From: Octopus vulgaris
Taxonomy: Eukaryota
Assembly (NCBI GenBank): GCA_951406725.2
Contig: OX597819.1
Coordinates: forward strand, 43,524,001-43,588,000
DNA: 64,000 nt
Direction of reading: 5' to 3'
The translations under genes and the position numbers were made by a program. Position 1 is the stretch's first letter; the number at the start of each line of letters is the position of its first letter. Shown here one piece after another: positions 12,735 to 26,099 of the stretch. The notes under the pieces were generated by a model. That model saw only the letters and a list, made by a program, of their open reading frames with translations. It searched no databases and was not told the origin of the DNA.

Positions 12735-12950
12735 TCGGTGGTTATGTGGTGAGAAGTTAACTTCCCGACCACATGTTTCCAGGTTCAGTCCCACTTCGTG
12801 GCACCTTGGTCATGTGTCTTCTACTATAGCCTCGAGCCGACCAAAGCCTTGTGAGTGGATTTGGTAGACGAAAACTGAAAGAAGCTCGTCGTATATATAG
12901 ATATATGTTCATGTCTTTGTGACTGTGTTTCTGTCCTACCACCACCACCA
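12735..12950 (+). mobile_element. CORE-type SINE, 5' half
   Basis: GTGGCACCTTGG-CATGTGTCTTCTACTATAGCC...GTGAGTGGATTTGGTAGACG. Confidence 0.75.
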
Positions 12951-12954
12951 CCAT

Positions 12955-13380
12955 AATATATAATTATAATGAAGGATTTTGTGAAAAGTACCAGCATGCT
13001 AGAAATAGAAGTCAGAATGAATCTAAACCAACCATATCAGTCATATGCGCTGGTGAAAGCGAGGAAATGAGGAAAATATAAGATTAGCGTACTTTTTGTG
13101 AAAAAAGAAATCGCAAGCACTAAACAGAGGACCCCGCATCGATCGATTTCAGGCTCTGCAATAAATGCTTAGCCCTCGTCAGTGAGATTTACGCAAATAA
13201 GTATATCTGAATACACATACACACACACACACATATATATACATACATATACATGCATTCACGCATTTTCCTCGCTGTCACCAGTGCATATGAGTGATTT
13301 AGGTGGTTTAGAGTAGTTTTGACTTCTATTTCTAGCATGCTGGTACTTTTTCCTGTACCTTTCATTCTAATTATATATTA
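12955..13380. repeat. Inverted repeat (~115-bp arms), MITE-like
   Basis: AAAAGTACCAGCATGCTAGAAATAGAAGTC matches GACTTCTATTTCTAGCATGCTGGTACTTTT exactly, with flanking imperfect homology. Confidence 0.6.
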
Positions 13381-13602
13381 TACATAATTGTAGACTTGTA
13401 TTCATTCTTATCTCTACGGTTTTAATGCAGGGTAGCCACTGATATCATCATCATCATCATCATCATCATCAACTTCATTATTATTATTATTATTATTATT
13501 TTATAATAATAATTTTATCATATATATTTTATCATGTGGCATTCTATGCAGGACAGTGCTACTGATGTTTATATATGTAATATATCTCTCACACTTTCTT
13601 CT

Positions 13603-13783
13603 GTAGGCCTGCTCGCTTAGCCAGCGGAGTGGCGTCATTTGAAGGCTAAAACAATACGAAGCCGGAGCTTGTGGAGTTTTAGGTGTTTTCGCTCAATAAA
13701 CACTCACAACACCCGGTCTGGGAATCGAAACCGCGATCCTACGACCGTGAGTCCGTTGCCCTAACCACTGGGCCATTGCACCT

Positions 13784-13785
<2 letters not shown>
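13603..13785 (-). mobile_element. SINE, head A + different tail (T4)
   Basis: Head A on minus strand joined to ...GACGCCACTCCGCTGGCTAAGCGAGCAGGCC. Confidence 0.75.
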
Positions 13786-13835
<50 letters not shown>

Positions 13836-14349
13836 GTAAAAATATATATACACGTAAAAATATATATGTGTATGTGTGTGTGTGTGTGTGTGTGAGTGTA
13901 CGCCCGCCCGCCCGCCCGTGTGTATACATAACATATATCATACTTAAAATACAATTACCCCGCTAAGAATGTAACTTCGTTATCGATATTAAAATTCGGA
14001 TAGGTGACAGACATTTTGCGTATCAACCCAAAATATGTATGTTTCTAGCAGTAACACACAGGCGAAGCCAAAAATATTCTATTACCAGACATCAGGAGAA
14101 AGTTCGTAAATATTGTTGGTTAAACCAAATGCAATTAAAAATATACGGAAAATAAGAAAATGAACTAACACCTCTCCGGTCATGGTCATCTGACTTGGAA
14201 ATGATTTTACAGGAAAGATTATAAATTAAGTAAGAGATGTTACGTAATGAGTAAGATGAAATATATACATCGAAATAGCATTTCAAGGTTATTATAAACG
14301 CGTATAGATATTGTAATGTTTGTGTGCGTGCAGGCGCGCTGTGTGTGTG

Positions 14350-14390
<41 letters not shown>

Positions 14391-14497
14391 GTGTCTTCCA
14401 CTTCCACACAAACTATGCAGAATAAGGAATACTGTCAACGGAATAGAAACTACAAAACCAAAAGAAAAGAGCATAACTCACCAAAACTCACACACAT

Positions 14498-14556
<59 letters not shown>

Positions 14557-14627
14557 TATATATATCTATGTACATATATACACACACTCACGCACAAATA
14601 CACACATAAAAAGCTACGTATATATTT

Positions 14628-14696
<69 letters not shown>

Positions 14697-14854
14697 CCGA
14701 AATTACTACGATGATCCGGTTCTTGACTGAAGACTGAGGGTTTCGAATGTCCTGTCCGTGTTTATTGTGTCGTCTTCTAAGAGTTATACGTTCTTGTCCA
14801 TGTTGTATTTTTCTACATACCTTAATATATATATATATATATACATATATTTAT

Positions 14855-14960
14855 ATCCTTCTTCCCTTCTTTCCTGAACGTCCAATAATACTATATTTGT
14901 TCCACGTCCTCGCGTTGTTGTGTTTCTTTTTGTGTTTTCTTATTTGGATTAACTTTATAT
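14855..14960 (+). mobile_element. 3' fragment of the hammerhead-bearing family seen at 31686-31893
   Basis: CTTTCCTGAACGTCCAATAATACTATATTTGTTCCACGTCCTCGCGTTGTTGTG shared. Confidence 0.7.
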
Positions 14961-15048
14961 TTATACATATATGAATTGGTTCAGAATACACTTACATACA
15001 CACAACATACTTACACACACATACACACAGACACACGTGCGCACAGTA

Positions 15049-15080
<32 letters not shown>

Positions 15081-15868
15081 TGGGTAAGCGTATACTTGCA
15101 TACATCTATCACTTTCTCCGTCTATCGCACTTCAGAACCCCAAGTGCTCTCCCTCTCTCTCTCTCTCCTTCTCACTCTCCCCCGCGCACGCACACGAATC
15201 GTCTCCTTGTGTGTGCGGGTGCGTGTGTTTGTGTGTGGAGTATTTATACATACGTTCAAAAGCACGGTATTTTAAATATTTCTTGCGTGAATGGATTAAA
15301 ATCTAGCAAAACTTGATAGAGTTCGTACTTCGTTGTGATTAATTAATAGCGTCGAGATGAGAATGGATGTGTCACACGGCATCATAGTATGATGTCTTAT
15401 CTTCGGCATCCAACATCCCTGGAATCCCCCCATCACAGCAACATCCTTATACAGCATTCCTATGTACTATGGCTTCTTCCAAATTTTTTTCCATCTCCGG
15501 AGATGCTCTTTTCAATTTTAGACCTTAAGAACTTAGGCTAAATATTCATCGATTGAGGCCAAACATAATCACGTTGGTTGTTGTTATTGTTGTCGTTGTT
15601 GTTGTTGTTGTTGTTATCGTTGTTGTAGTTATTGTTGTTGTCATCTTACCTTGCCTTCTTTTAAGGAACCGCAGATATATGCAACGCACAATTACATACA
15701 CAGGTACACAGGTAAACATATGCTTACGCCCTCCCGCGAGATTGTCTTTCTCTCTCTGTATACACGCACATACACACGCGCTAATATGTATAGGCATTAA
15801 TGCGAAAATGCAGACTGTTATAATTATATATATATACAATACATACATGCATACATACATACATACAC

Positions 15869-15899
<31 letters not shown>

Positions 15900-15927
15900 C
15901 ATATGCATACATACATATATATATATG

Positions 15928-16004
<77 letters not shown>

Positions 16005-16017
16005 GTATGTATATGTA

Positions 16018-16085
<68 letters not shown>

Positions 16086-17009
16086 CACACACATATTCAC
16101 ATAGTAAATACAAATATACACACGCAGACAAACACACACACGCACACATATACGTATGCATGTGTGTGTGTATATGTGTGTATATATATGTGTATGTGTG
16201 TGTGTGTGTGCACGTATGGATATATTTATGTAAATTTTTATGTACAGTGATTCCATGCATAAACGACACATGCCTGTACATACACAGCCACAGAACCATA
16301 TAAATGTTTATGCATACATGCATTATATATGTTTGTGCGTGTATACACACACACGCACGCACCAAAATATGTGTGCAGAGAGAGAGAGAGAGGGGGGGAG
16401 AGAGAGAAGGGAGAGAGAGAGAGGGGGAGAGAGAGAAATAGAGAGAGAGATGTGGGTGGGAAACGGCAAGAGAGCGAGCACTGTTTGAAAATGGCATTTC
16501 CACACAAGTTGAAGTCTTGCAAAACTTGATTACGAATGAACCGCTGAATATTAAAGATCTCTCTGTCTGCCAACATCTCTTGTTAAAAGAGTGGCCTTCA
16601 ATATACCTACACACACACATATACATATGTGTGTGTGTGTGTTCTTAGGTGTAGTGATTATGATAACTACATACTCAGATATACGCTGTCGGAAATGCAC
16701 ATATACATGCACGCACCACACACGCAAACAAATATATATATATATATATATATGCATATATATATATATCTTCTATATATATATAAAAGAGAGATTCTGT
16801 TTGTTTGTCCCACAAAGTGAAACTAAAACCAGACACCTCTCTATGATTTTCTTTCTTCTCTATCTGTCTATTTTCCCTCTCTTTCTTTCTCTCTCTTCCT
16901 TTCTCTCCTTCTCTCTTTTTCTTCTCCTTCTTTCTCTCTTTGTCTCTCTCTCTCTTTTTCCCTCTCTTTCCCTCGCTAAAAGAACACACACATATGTATA
17001 TACATGTTT

Positions 17010-18413
17010 CAGTTTTTTAATGAGGGAAATTTCTTATGATAAGGATTAACTGACCATGTACATAAATGATAATCTTCCCTAGCTTCTACGTGATGAATGT
17101 CATGCATATTCTACTGTCATAAAAAGTATTATCAATAACACAGGAGGACTTTATTTCTTAGATGCTCCAGGAGATTCTGGGAAAACATTTGTAATTAAAC
17201 TCCTCCCAGCTAAAGTTTGTCAAGAAAATAAAATAGCTCTAGCTATGCTACTTCTGGGATTGCAGCAACATTACTATCCGGAGGTCGGATTGCTCATTCA
17301 ACTTTCAAGTTACCTTCAGATTTATCTAACAAACAAGATCTGGTTTGTAATATATCTAAAAGGTCTGCAATGGGTGAACTAATAAAAAGATGTCATTTAA
17401 TTGTCTGGAACGAATGTATTATGGCCTACAAAAAAGCTTTTGGAGCTGTTGGCAGAACATTACGAGACGTTAGAAATTGCAATTCCATGATGGGAAATGT
17501 CACAGTATTACTGTTAGGAGACTTCCGTCAAACACCATCAGTTGTTCCAAGAGGAACAAAAGTGGATGAGCTCAATGCTTCAATAAAGTCTTCTGTATTA
17601 TGGCATCATGTGAAAACACTTCAACTTTCGACAAATATGAGATTGAGGCCTTTAAGACATCAATCAGCTGAGCTATTTGCAGAGTAGCTTTTGAAACTCG
17701 GTGTAGAGAGGGCTTCAAATTGATGAAGAACAGTTTCTTACACTTAATCTAATATGTAGTTTTCAACTCATTCCGTTGATGATTTGGTGGATGAAATCTT
17801 TCCTAATCTTCTTCATAATTACAACAATACAGATTGGATCTGTGAGCCAGCTATCCTGGCTCCAAAAAATGTTGCAATACATAGTATTAATAATATACTG
17901 TTGAATAAGCTTCCGGGAGAAATATTCACTTATAACTCAATTAACATTGTATTGTTGTTGATCAGGAGAGTATTAACTAGCTCGTCGAATTTTTGAACTC
18001 ACTAGAACCATCAGGTATAGCTCCTCATCGTCTTCAGTTGAATAAAGGGACTCCTGTTATGTTATTGCGTAATTTGTCTCAACCAAAATTATGCAATGGT
18101 ACAAGATTAATTGTGCAGAGACTTATGAGGAACTCCGTTGTGGCAAATATTCTTTCTGGTTGTAATAAAGGGGTGACCGCCTCGCATACCAGTTATACCA
18201 TCTAATGTCCCATTCCAATTTAAACGGTTACAGTTTCCTATCCGAATTTATTTTGCCATCAACATTAACAAAAGTCAGGGCCAAAGACTAAAAGTTACTG
18301 GATTGTAACTTCAAGAACCATGCTTTTCACATGGCTAACTTTATGTAGGAGCATCACATGTGGGAGCAAATGTAAATCTTTTTGCTTATGCATTCCGAAA
18401 TAAAACAAACACA
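17010..18413 (+). pseudogene. Helitron RepHel PIF1-family helicase domain, disrupted
   Basis: FLDAPGDSGKTF (Walker A), [39 protein letters not shown]...NKSQGQ, PCFSHG*LYVG; several stops and frameshifts. Confidence 0.92.
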
Positions 18414-18927
18414 TCTATATATATATAAAACTGTAGTTGTGTGAGTGTCTGTCCCCTTCGATTTAGATTCCTAACTACTCCCACATTTTGCGGTGCAGTT
18501 TAACCAAATTCGGGTATCTTATAGTCGTGATTCATATCGAGCCCGTCTGAGTATTAGCGCGCGTCTACAATGAGTCTACGATTTTAAAAATAATTTAACA
18601 TCATTTTTTATTCCATTTTAATGCATAATTTTTCGTGTGTCGATGGCGGCGGAGTTGGCGTCCACGGTCACACCTGCACCTGTTTGCTTCTCCCCTTCTT
18701 CCCTCCCTCGTGAAGCTGTGGGGAAGGGAGTGTAAGGAAATCAACGTCGTAAAGCGTTGTCAAGGAGACCAGCGTTCTTTTAGAACAACAACTTCATGGC
18801 TTGAAGACACCAAAACAGAAATGACTAAGAAAGCCCGAATTGGCATCTATAAGGGAAGTAACTCTCTAAAAATGCTTATATAGTTATTTCCCTTACAAAC
18901 CCGAGCAACGCCGGGCGATACTGCTAG
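18414..18927 (+). mobile_element. Non-autonomous Helitron (514 bp) nested in the larger Helitron
   Basis: 5' TC, subterminal hairpin CCCG(A)GC-AAC-GCCGGG, 3' CTAG, inserted between A and T with no TSD; empty site visible in the duplicate at ~19920-19970. Confidence 0.9.
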
Positions 18928-19494
18928 TTGTTTTATAAAGAAATGTTCACTCTTAAATCAACATGAATACTTCAATACCTTCATTTCCCATTACTATCAT
19001 TACATTCAAGAATGACTAAATCACCTCTTTCAACGAACTGTATTATATATTTGCCATTACTGTATTGATAAATATGATAAAAAAATAAAACTCACTATTG
19101 TCATGCAATAAACCAACAGAAGTTCATGTATGAAGTTCATCTCTTTTCTTCTTCAATTATTATACAAGATCGACGCTTTCAAGTGATCAGTCTGCTGAAC
19201 TATTTGCAGAGCAGCTTTTGAAACTCGGTGAAGGGAGAGTTCCAATTGATGAAGAACAGTTTCTTGCACTCAATGCAATATATAATTCAATTGATTCCGT
19301 CGATGATTTGAGGTATGAAATCTTTCCTAATCTTCTTCATAACTACAATATAGATTACATCGGTGACAGAGCTATCCTGGCACTCCAAAATGTATCTCAA
19401 CATACCATTAATATGCTATTGAAAAAACTTCCAGAAGTCTTCACTTATAACTCAATTGACAGTGGTGTTGATGATCAGGATAGTGTCAACTAAA

Positions 19495-19716
19495 AGGCGG
19501 TGAGCTGGCAGAAACGTCAGCGCGCCGGGCGAAATGCTTAGCGGTATTTCGTCTGCAGTTACGTTCTGAGTTCAAATTCCGCCGAGGTCGACTTTGCCTT
19601 TCATCCTTTCGGAGTCGATAAATTAAGTACCAGTTACGCACTGGGGTCGATGTAATCGACTTAATCCCTTTGTTTGTCCCCTCTATGTTTAGCCCCTTGT
19701 GGGCAATAAAGAAATA
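19495..19716 (+). mobile_element. Meta-domain-type SINE with TSD
   Basis: GTCGACTTTGCCTTTCATCCTTTCGGAGTCGATAAATTAAGTACCAG domain; 16-bp TSD AGGAT(A/T)GTGTCAACTA. Confidence 0.88.
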
Positions 19717-20098
19717 GGATTGTGTCAACTATCCCATAGAATTCTTTTATCCATTACAACCACCAGTTACAGCCTCTCGTTGTCTTCAGTTGAAAAAAAA
19801 AAGGGACTCTTATTATGCTATTACATATTTTGTCTCAACCAAAATCATGAAATGGTACTAGATTAATTGTGCACAAACTTCATTGACTCAAGCATTCTCA
19901 CTGTTCGTAGTAAAGGCTTATGCACCCCGAAATAAACCAAAAATATTGTTCATAAAGAAACATTCATTATTAACGCAACATGAATACTTCAATAACTTCA
20001 TTTACCATTACTATCATTACATTCAAGAACGAGTAAATTACCTATTTCAATGAACTGTATTATATAATTGTCATTCCTGTATTGATAAATAAAATAAC

Positions 20099-20264
20099 AG
20101 GCGCAGGAGTGGCTGTGTGGTAAGTAGCTTGCTAACCAACCACATGGTTCCGGGTTCAGTCCCACTGCGTGGTATCTTGGGCAAGTGTCTTCTGCTATAG
20201 CCCCGGGCCAACCAATGCATTGTGAGTGGATTTGGTAGACGGAAACTGAAAGAAGCCTGTCGTA

Positions 20265-20341
<77 letters not shown>

Positions 20342-20553
20342 TTGTGTGTCTGTGTTTGTCCCTCTAGCATTGCCTGACAACCGATGTTGGTGTGTTTACG
20401 TCCCCGTCACTTAGCGGTTCGGCAAAAGAGACCGATAGAATAAGTACTGGGCTTACAAAGAATAAGTCCCGGGATCGATTTGCTCGACTAAAGGCGGTGC
20501 TCCAGCATGGCCGCAGTCAAATGACTGAAGCAAGTAAAAGAGAGTAAAAGAGT
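20099..20553 (+). mobile_element. CORE-type SINE, full length
   Basis: Homologous to 682-1084. Confidence 0.88.
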
Positions 20554-20904
20554 ATACATGTTACTTATTATTATTATGTAATCGACAAACAGAACTTCAT
20601 GTATAAAAATGATCTTTTTCTTCTTCAGTTATTACGCTTTTCTCTTATAAAAATATTATATCATTGCCATTACTATATAGATAAATGAAATAACACATAC
20701 GACTCACTTATTATTGTCATATCATAAACAAACACAAGTTCATGTATGATATTGACCTTTCTTCTTCAATTATTACATGTTTTTTTTTTCTTCTAAAAAT
20801 GCACACATACAGGAGGAGTGAATTATACATATAATAATACTTTCAATGTGGCTCCCGATAAACAGTAAAAGTAATTACCCGATCAACGACGGGTTTTACT
20901 GCTA

Positions 20905-20971
<67 letters not shown>

Positions 20972-20976
<5 letters not shown>

Positions 20977-21700
20977 CACGTGCTGATATTCATAGCTTTG
21001 TGCACCGTGTCAGTCTATATGCACTATTCCACAACACTCCATTTTCATTTAACGATGAGGCCTGCATACCGACCTGGGCCGCCGACCATCCAACTCGACG
21101 CCAGCTCCTAGCCAGTTCCAAGCAGTCGATCATTTTGCGGGCATCTGTCAACGTGTTGTGGACCGGTTCAACTTTCGCAAGCGTCGACATTTGAACATCT
21201 CCCCAGGCGAACTCTCGGCCTTTCGATGTCTCCGACGCCGCAAAGACAATATTATAAAACTGGCCGACAAGGGTGGAGCCGTAGTGGTGTGACGCGCAGA
21301 CCTCTACAAGCCTGAAGCACTCCGCCAACTTCAAAACACCTCCTTCTTTTGCCCTCTACCCTCTAATCCCACGCCTAGCTAGCAACAGACGGTGTTCTCC
21401 ACTATCCATGACCTCATCTCCTCCATCCGTCTTCCTCCTACCGCCTCCAACCTCATTGTCCACACTCCTTGCACCCCACCGCTTACTTCCTTCCCCAAAT
21501 CCACAAACCCAACAGCCCTGGCCGCCCCATCGTCTCCACCTGTAACTGCCCCAAGGAACTGATTTCAAAATACCTTGACCGTGTCCTTGTCCTCCTAGTG
21601 GCTTCCCTCCCTTCACACATCCACGACATTAACCATGCTCTTCGTCTTTTCAACTCTTTCTCCTTCCCTCTTGGCCCCTCTAAACTTCTCTTCACAAAAC
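20972..21700 (+). pseudogene. Penelope-like element reverse transcriptase fragment (N-terminal RT)
   Basis: IIIKLADKGGAVVV*RADLY...EALRQL and YFLPQIHKPNSPGRPIVSTCNCPKELISKYLD...LPSHIHDINHAL...LLFT match PLE RT motifs; frameshifted; begins at (TA)n. Confidence 0.88.
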
Positions 21701-21854
21701 ATTGCTTATAAAGTAGTTAATTACCCCATCTTACGTACGTTTCATTAACAGAGAATGAATATTAGTTGTATAATAATGACACTGTCAAACTCATGAAATG
21801 CGCAATATCTCTGTACGTAACAGTGTTACTAATCTAGTTAAATTACGTATGAAC

Positions 21855-22180
21855 AGTGGCACCTGAGCAAGAGTCTTCAACTATAGCCCCAGGTTTCTAC
21901 TCACAAAACCTTGTGAGTAGATTTCGTTGACGGAGACTTGAAGAAACTCATCATAATCATGCATATATGTATGTCTTTGTGTTTGTGTTTGTACCCCTAC
22001 CAATCGCTTGACATTAGGTGTTGGTTAGTTTTCATACCCGTAACGTAACCCCGATAGAATAAGTAACAGGCTTACAAATTAATAAGTACTGGGTTCGTTT
22101 ATTTCGACTAAACTTTTTAAAGAATTGCCCCAGCAAGGCCGTAGTACAATGTCTGAAACAAGTAAATTATAAAAGATGAA
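21855..22180 (+). mobile_element. Old degenerate CORE-type SINE
   Basis: GTGGCACCTGAGCAAG...CCTTGTGAGTAGATTT...CCCAGCAAGGCCGTAG...CTGAAACAAGTAAA. Confidence 0.65.
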
Positions 22181-22403
22181 AATGCACGCATACATACATA
22201 CATATATACATTACCCGCATACACACACACAGAGGCGCGCGTACACATAATTTTGTCGATAATACGGCACAGTCAACGGATCATTTGTGCTTAGTTCTTT
22301 GGGCGCCGTTACGTTCTTCTATCCACGTCACCCTGCCGAGTTACATGAAAAGAAACCCCGAACAAACTTGCTTTTCTTCTAAACGGTTAAACGTATTTAC
22401 ATA

Positions 22404-22716
22404 TTGCTGCTAGTTTAGCAAATGCTAAACATTCCCACCACGCCAAACACAGCATGTAAACATAAATTAATCAATTATAACCCGAGTATATATTTTAAAC
22501 ATGAAATATATTCGAGTATATTGATTGCTGCTAGTTTAGCAAATGCTAAACATTCCCACCACGCCAAACACAGCATGTAAACATAAATTAATCAATTATA
22601 ACCCGAGTATATATTTTAAACATGAAATATATTCGAGTATATTGATTTATATATTTTTTTCTTTTCCATTTTACCTTTTTGTAATTTTCATGCTGTGTTT
22701 AGCGTAATGTTTAGCA
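22404..22716. repeat. 121-bp exact tandem duplication plus a distal inverted match (MITE-like)
   Basis: 22404-22524 equals 22525-22645; CATGCTGTGTTTAGCGT-AATGTTTAGCA at ~22689-22716 is inverted to the unit start. Confidence 0.8.
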
Positions 22717-22890
22717 GTTGTGAAATTAACACTCATAAGCAATACAGATATATATATATATATATCTTAATGTTTGTTTTATTCTCAGTTATAAAAACAA
22801 TTTTGCATTACTCTGATCCATTACTCTAAACATTTGCAGAGAACAAATTTATTATTTTTCTTATACAAGCATGTTGTTGACAGTGATTTC

Positions 22891-22935
22891 GAAGTCCGAT
22901 GATGGTTTAGCTCGCCGAAACTTCGAAGTTACTTT
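22891..22935 (+). ncRNA. Minimal hammerhead ribozyme (CCGATGA core variant)
   Basis: GAAGT-CCGATGA-TGG...CC-GAAAC-TTCGAA-GTT-ACTTT; palindromic stem III AACTTCGAAGTT; enclosed in inverted repeat 22867-22949. Confidence 0.55.
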
Positions 22936-22970
22936 CAACAACATTCTTGCATAAGAATATGTGTGTGTGT

Positions 22971-22971
<1 letters not shown>

Positions 22972-23057
<86 letters not shown>

Positions 23058-23070
23058 CCTACCTACCTAC

Positions 23071-23125
<55 letters not shown>
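22972..23125. repeat. (TATC)n microsatellite
   Basis: Direct reading. Confidence 0.95.
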
Positions 23126-23126
<1 letters not shown>

Positions 23127-23138
23127 TAATATATATAT

Positions 23139-26099
23139 ATACTCCTACTGAACATCAGAGGACTGCAAACACTCAGTAACAGGACAAAGATCCCGTTCCT
23201 GAGAGACTTTGTTGCATGCAATCAAGCCATATGCATAGCACTTACAGAAACGCACCTGAAACCGGACATAGCAGATGCGGAGTTACACATACCACAGTAT
23301 GCTGTACTACGGACCGACAGGAAAGAAAGGAGTCATGGAGGTGTTGCTATGTACATCCGTGAGGACCTCACACCCCAGGTCCTCTTGTCATACTCAAACT
23401 CGGTGTGTGACACACTAATTGTACATATTAAGCAACTTGATGTAGTTGTGTGTGCTACATATCGCCCTCCAGATGCCCCAAGCCATGTGGGCAAGTTTGA
23501 AGACTGCCTTATAAAAATAGAAGAAATTCTAACCACATTAGAACAACACATAGGTGTGCTTCTTATGGGAGACTTCAATCTGCCCAATGTCAGATGGCCC
23601 GAGGGCCTTTCTCTCCCAGGAATGACAAGATGTGAACGAGGACAGGCGAGGTCCCTCCTGAACCTCATCAACACCCTGTACATGGAGCAGGTAATACTCC
23701 AACCAACCAGGGCAGGTAACACACTGGATCTCTGCTTCACAAATGACATGGATCTCATCCATAATGTGAAAGTGACACCGACACTACTCTCGGATCACAA
23801 CATGATAGAGCTGACCATGTACGGGCCAAAAGAGAGCACGGACATGCAGCCTACAAGAAACCCTCAAAATCTTTCCAGCTTGAACTACCATAAGGCAAAC
23901 TGGAAACAAATTGAGAAAGAGATCCTCAAACAAAACTGGCCTAAATGTCTCTCCTCGCCAGACATCGACGTGAAACTTCAACAATTCATGTCTGTAATGC
24001 AAGCCATATGCTACAAATGTGTCCCAGAGAGAAAGGCCACTGTACACAAGAACAAAATCCCCAGAGAGAGGAAAATCTTAATGAGACGGCGTACGAAATT
24101 TTCAAATCGCCTAAACAAACAGATTGAAAGCAGTGAAAAGTCCCGCCTAAAAATAAAACTGTTGGAAATCGAAAAATGTCTGCAACTCTCCCATGAAAAA
24201 GAAAGAGCAGACAAAGAAGCCTGGGCTATAGAAAACATAAAATCTAACCCCAGAGCTTTCTACAGGTATGCCAAAGAAACAGCTACAGTGCACTGTAGAA
24301 TAGGGCCACTCCTCGAAAAGGATGGCACACTTACAGGAAAACCAATGAGGGTAAGTGAAATACTGAATGAGCAATTCAAGAGTGTTTTCACTCCACCCCT
24401 TGGGCATCTCCAAATCACCAATCCAACTGACTTTTTTACCACTGCAGATATAAAATCAGAGGCGGCGACGATAGATTACATCGATATAAAGGAAGACGAT
24501 GTAACCAAGGCTATAGATGAAATGAAAACAGACTCAGCTACTGGCCCCGATGGATTCCCGGCAATCCTCCTAAAAGCATGTAAGAGAGTCCTAGCAAGAC
24601 CACTGCAGTTCCTCTTTCAGAGCTTCCTTGCAGCTGGCAAACTTCCAGGAAAACTGAAGGAAGGTAAAATATGCCCCATTCATAAAGGAGGTAGCAGAGC
24701 GGAAGCCAAGAACTATAGACCTATCTCTCTGACCTCACACATCAGCAAGGTCATGGAACGAATAGTCAGAAGGAAGCTGATCACCTTCCTTGAAGAGAAT
24801 GACTTGCTGCCCGACACCCAACATGGTTTCCGACCAGGGAGAAGCTGTTTAACTCAGCTCCTACAACACTATGACTGGGTGCTGAAACGGCTGCTCAACC
24901 ACTCAAATGTGGAAGTGATATATCTCGACTTTGCAAAGGCCTTTGATAAAGTCGATCATGGAATGATATGTCACAAACTGCGTGATCTCAACATAGTTGG
25001 AAAACTGGGAGAATGGCTTCATGACTTTCTGAAGGATAGAAGTCAGGTGGTAGTAGCCAATGGGGCCACCTCCATTAACACACAAATAGTGAGCGGTGTT
25101 CCGCAGGGCACTGTTCTGGGACCACTACTGTTCATAATGGCCCTCTCAGACATGCCCTCAGCCACGCAGAGAGCCACGATCACAAGTTATGCAGATGATA
25201 CAAAAGTTTCACAGGCAATACAGAACCCTGAGGACACTAAACACCTGCAATGTGAGCTGGACGAAATATACAAGTGGGCTGAAAAGAATAGCATGCAGTT
25301 CAATGCTGGAAAGTTTCAAGCTTTATACTATCAGCATGCAAAACTGAATGCAATACCCAATGAATACACTGGACCCGGAGGGATTGCAATCCCAGAGGCA
25401 CAATCAGTGCGTGACCTGGGTATTCACATGAGTGATGACGCGACCTTTCATGTACATGTTGCTAAACTGACAATGAAATGTAGACGGCTGGCTGGATGGA
25501 TTCTTAGAACCTTTAGAACAAGAGAACAAGAAACCATGATGGTCCTCTGGAAGACACTTGTCCTAAGCCACTTTGACTATTGCTCTCAGCTATGGTCACC
25601 ATCCAGTGTCAAGTTGATCACAGAACTTGAGGCGATCCAACGAAGCTACACAAAGAAGATAGCCTCTATGCAGAATGTAAGCTACTGGGAAAGACTCAAG
25701 AGATTAAAATTATATTCCCTGGAGCGTAGGCGGGAAAGATATGCCATAATATACATCTGGAAGATCCTGGAGGGAAGTGTCCTGAACTTTGGCATCGAGA
25801 GTTACGCAAATGCCAGAACTGGGGGCCACTGCGTGGTGCCTAGGACTCCAAACCTGCCATCAAGATGTAGGACAAGATTCTGTGATAGCCTGGGCTTCCG
25901 AGGCCCACAGCTCTTCAATATCCTCCCGAAGAACCTGAGAGACCTGCATGGGGTGGATACAGATGTCTTTAAAATGAAGCTGGATCTCTTCCTGTCAGGT
26001 GTCCCAGATGAACCAACTTCACGGCAGGAGGGGCAGATGAGGGCAGCTGCATCGAACTCTCTCATGCACCAAATAGCAGTTGCTAGAAAGCCTCCATGA
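23139..26099 (+). CDS. LINE ORF2: APE endonuclease + reverse transcriptase, CR1 group
   Basis: Frame is open upstream of the annotated ATG (23349) through ILLLNIRGL...LTETHL...RTDR; motifs [41 protein letters not shown]; no internal stops. Confidence 0.95.
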   Translation: MLLLNIRGLQTLSNRTKIPFLRDFVACNQAICIALTETHLKPDIADAELHIPQYAVLRTDRKERSHGGVAMYIREDLTPQVLLSYSNSVCDTLIVHIKQLDVVVCATYRPPDAPSHVGKFEDCLIKIEEILTTLEQHIGVLLMGDFNLPNVRWPEGLSLPGMTRCERGQARSLLNLINTLYMEQVILQPTRAGNTLDLCFTNDMDLIHNVKVTPTLLSDHNMIELTMYGPKESTDMQPTRNPQNLSSLNYHKANWKQIEKEILKQNWPKCLSSPDIDVKLQQFMSVMQAICYKCVPERKATVHKNKIPRERKILMRRRTKFSNRLNKQIESSEKSRLKIKLLEIEKCLQLSHEKERADKEAWAIENIKSNPRAFYRYAKETATVHCRIGPLLEKDGTLTGKPMRVSEILNEQFKSVFTPPLGHLQITNPTDFFTTADIKSEAATIDYIDIKEDDVTKAIDEMKTDSATGPDGFPAILLKACKRVLARPLQFLFQSFLAAGKLPGKLKEGKICPIHKGGSRAEAKNYRPISLTSHISKVMERIVRRKLITFLEENDLLPDTQHGFRPGRSCLTQLLQHYDWVLKRLLNHSNVEVIYLDFAKAFDKVDHGMICHKLRDLNIVGKLGEWLHDFLKDRSQVVVANGATSINTQIVSGVPQGTVLGPLLFIMALSDMPSATQRATITSYADDTKVSQAIQNPEDTKHLQCELDEIYKWAEKNSMQFNAGKFQALYYQHAKLNAIPNEYTGPGGIAIPEAQSVRDLGIHMSDDATFHVHVAKLTMKCRRLAGWILRTFRTREQETMMVLWKTLVLSHFDYCSQLWSPSSVKLITELEAIQRSYTKKIASMQNVSYWERLKRLKLYSLERRRERYAIIYIWKILEGSVLNFGIESYANARTGGHCVVPRTPNLPSRCRTRFCDSLGFRGPQLFNILPKNLRDLHGVDTDVFKMKLDLFLSGVPDEPTSRQEGQMRAAASNSLMHQIAVARKPP

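Larger units (their letters stand above)
17010..20905 (+). mobile_element. Decayed Helitron, 3' portion, with internal duplication and nested insertions
   Basis: Helicase remnant; partial second copy ~19175-20095; terminal hairpin CCCG(A)TC-AAC-GACGGG and CTAG at 20902-20905 followed by T. Confidence 0.8.

Noticed and set aside
17370-18205. Host PIF1 helicase gene
   Set aside because: Intronless, multiply disrupted and followed by a Helitron hairpin-CTAG terminus
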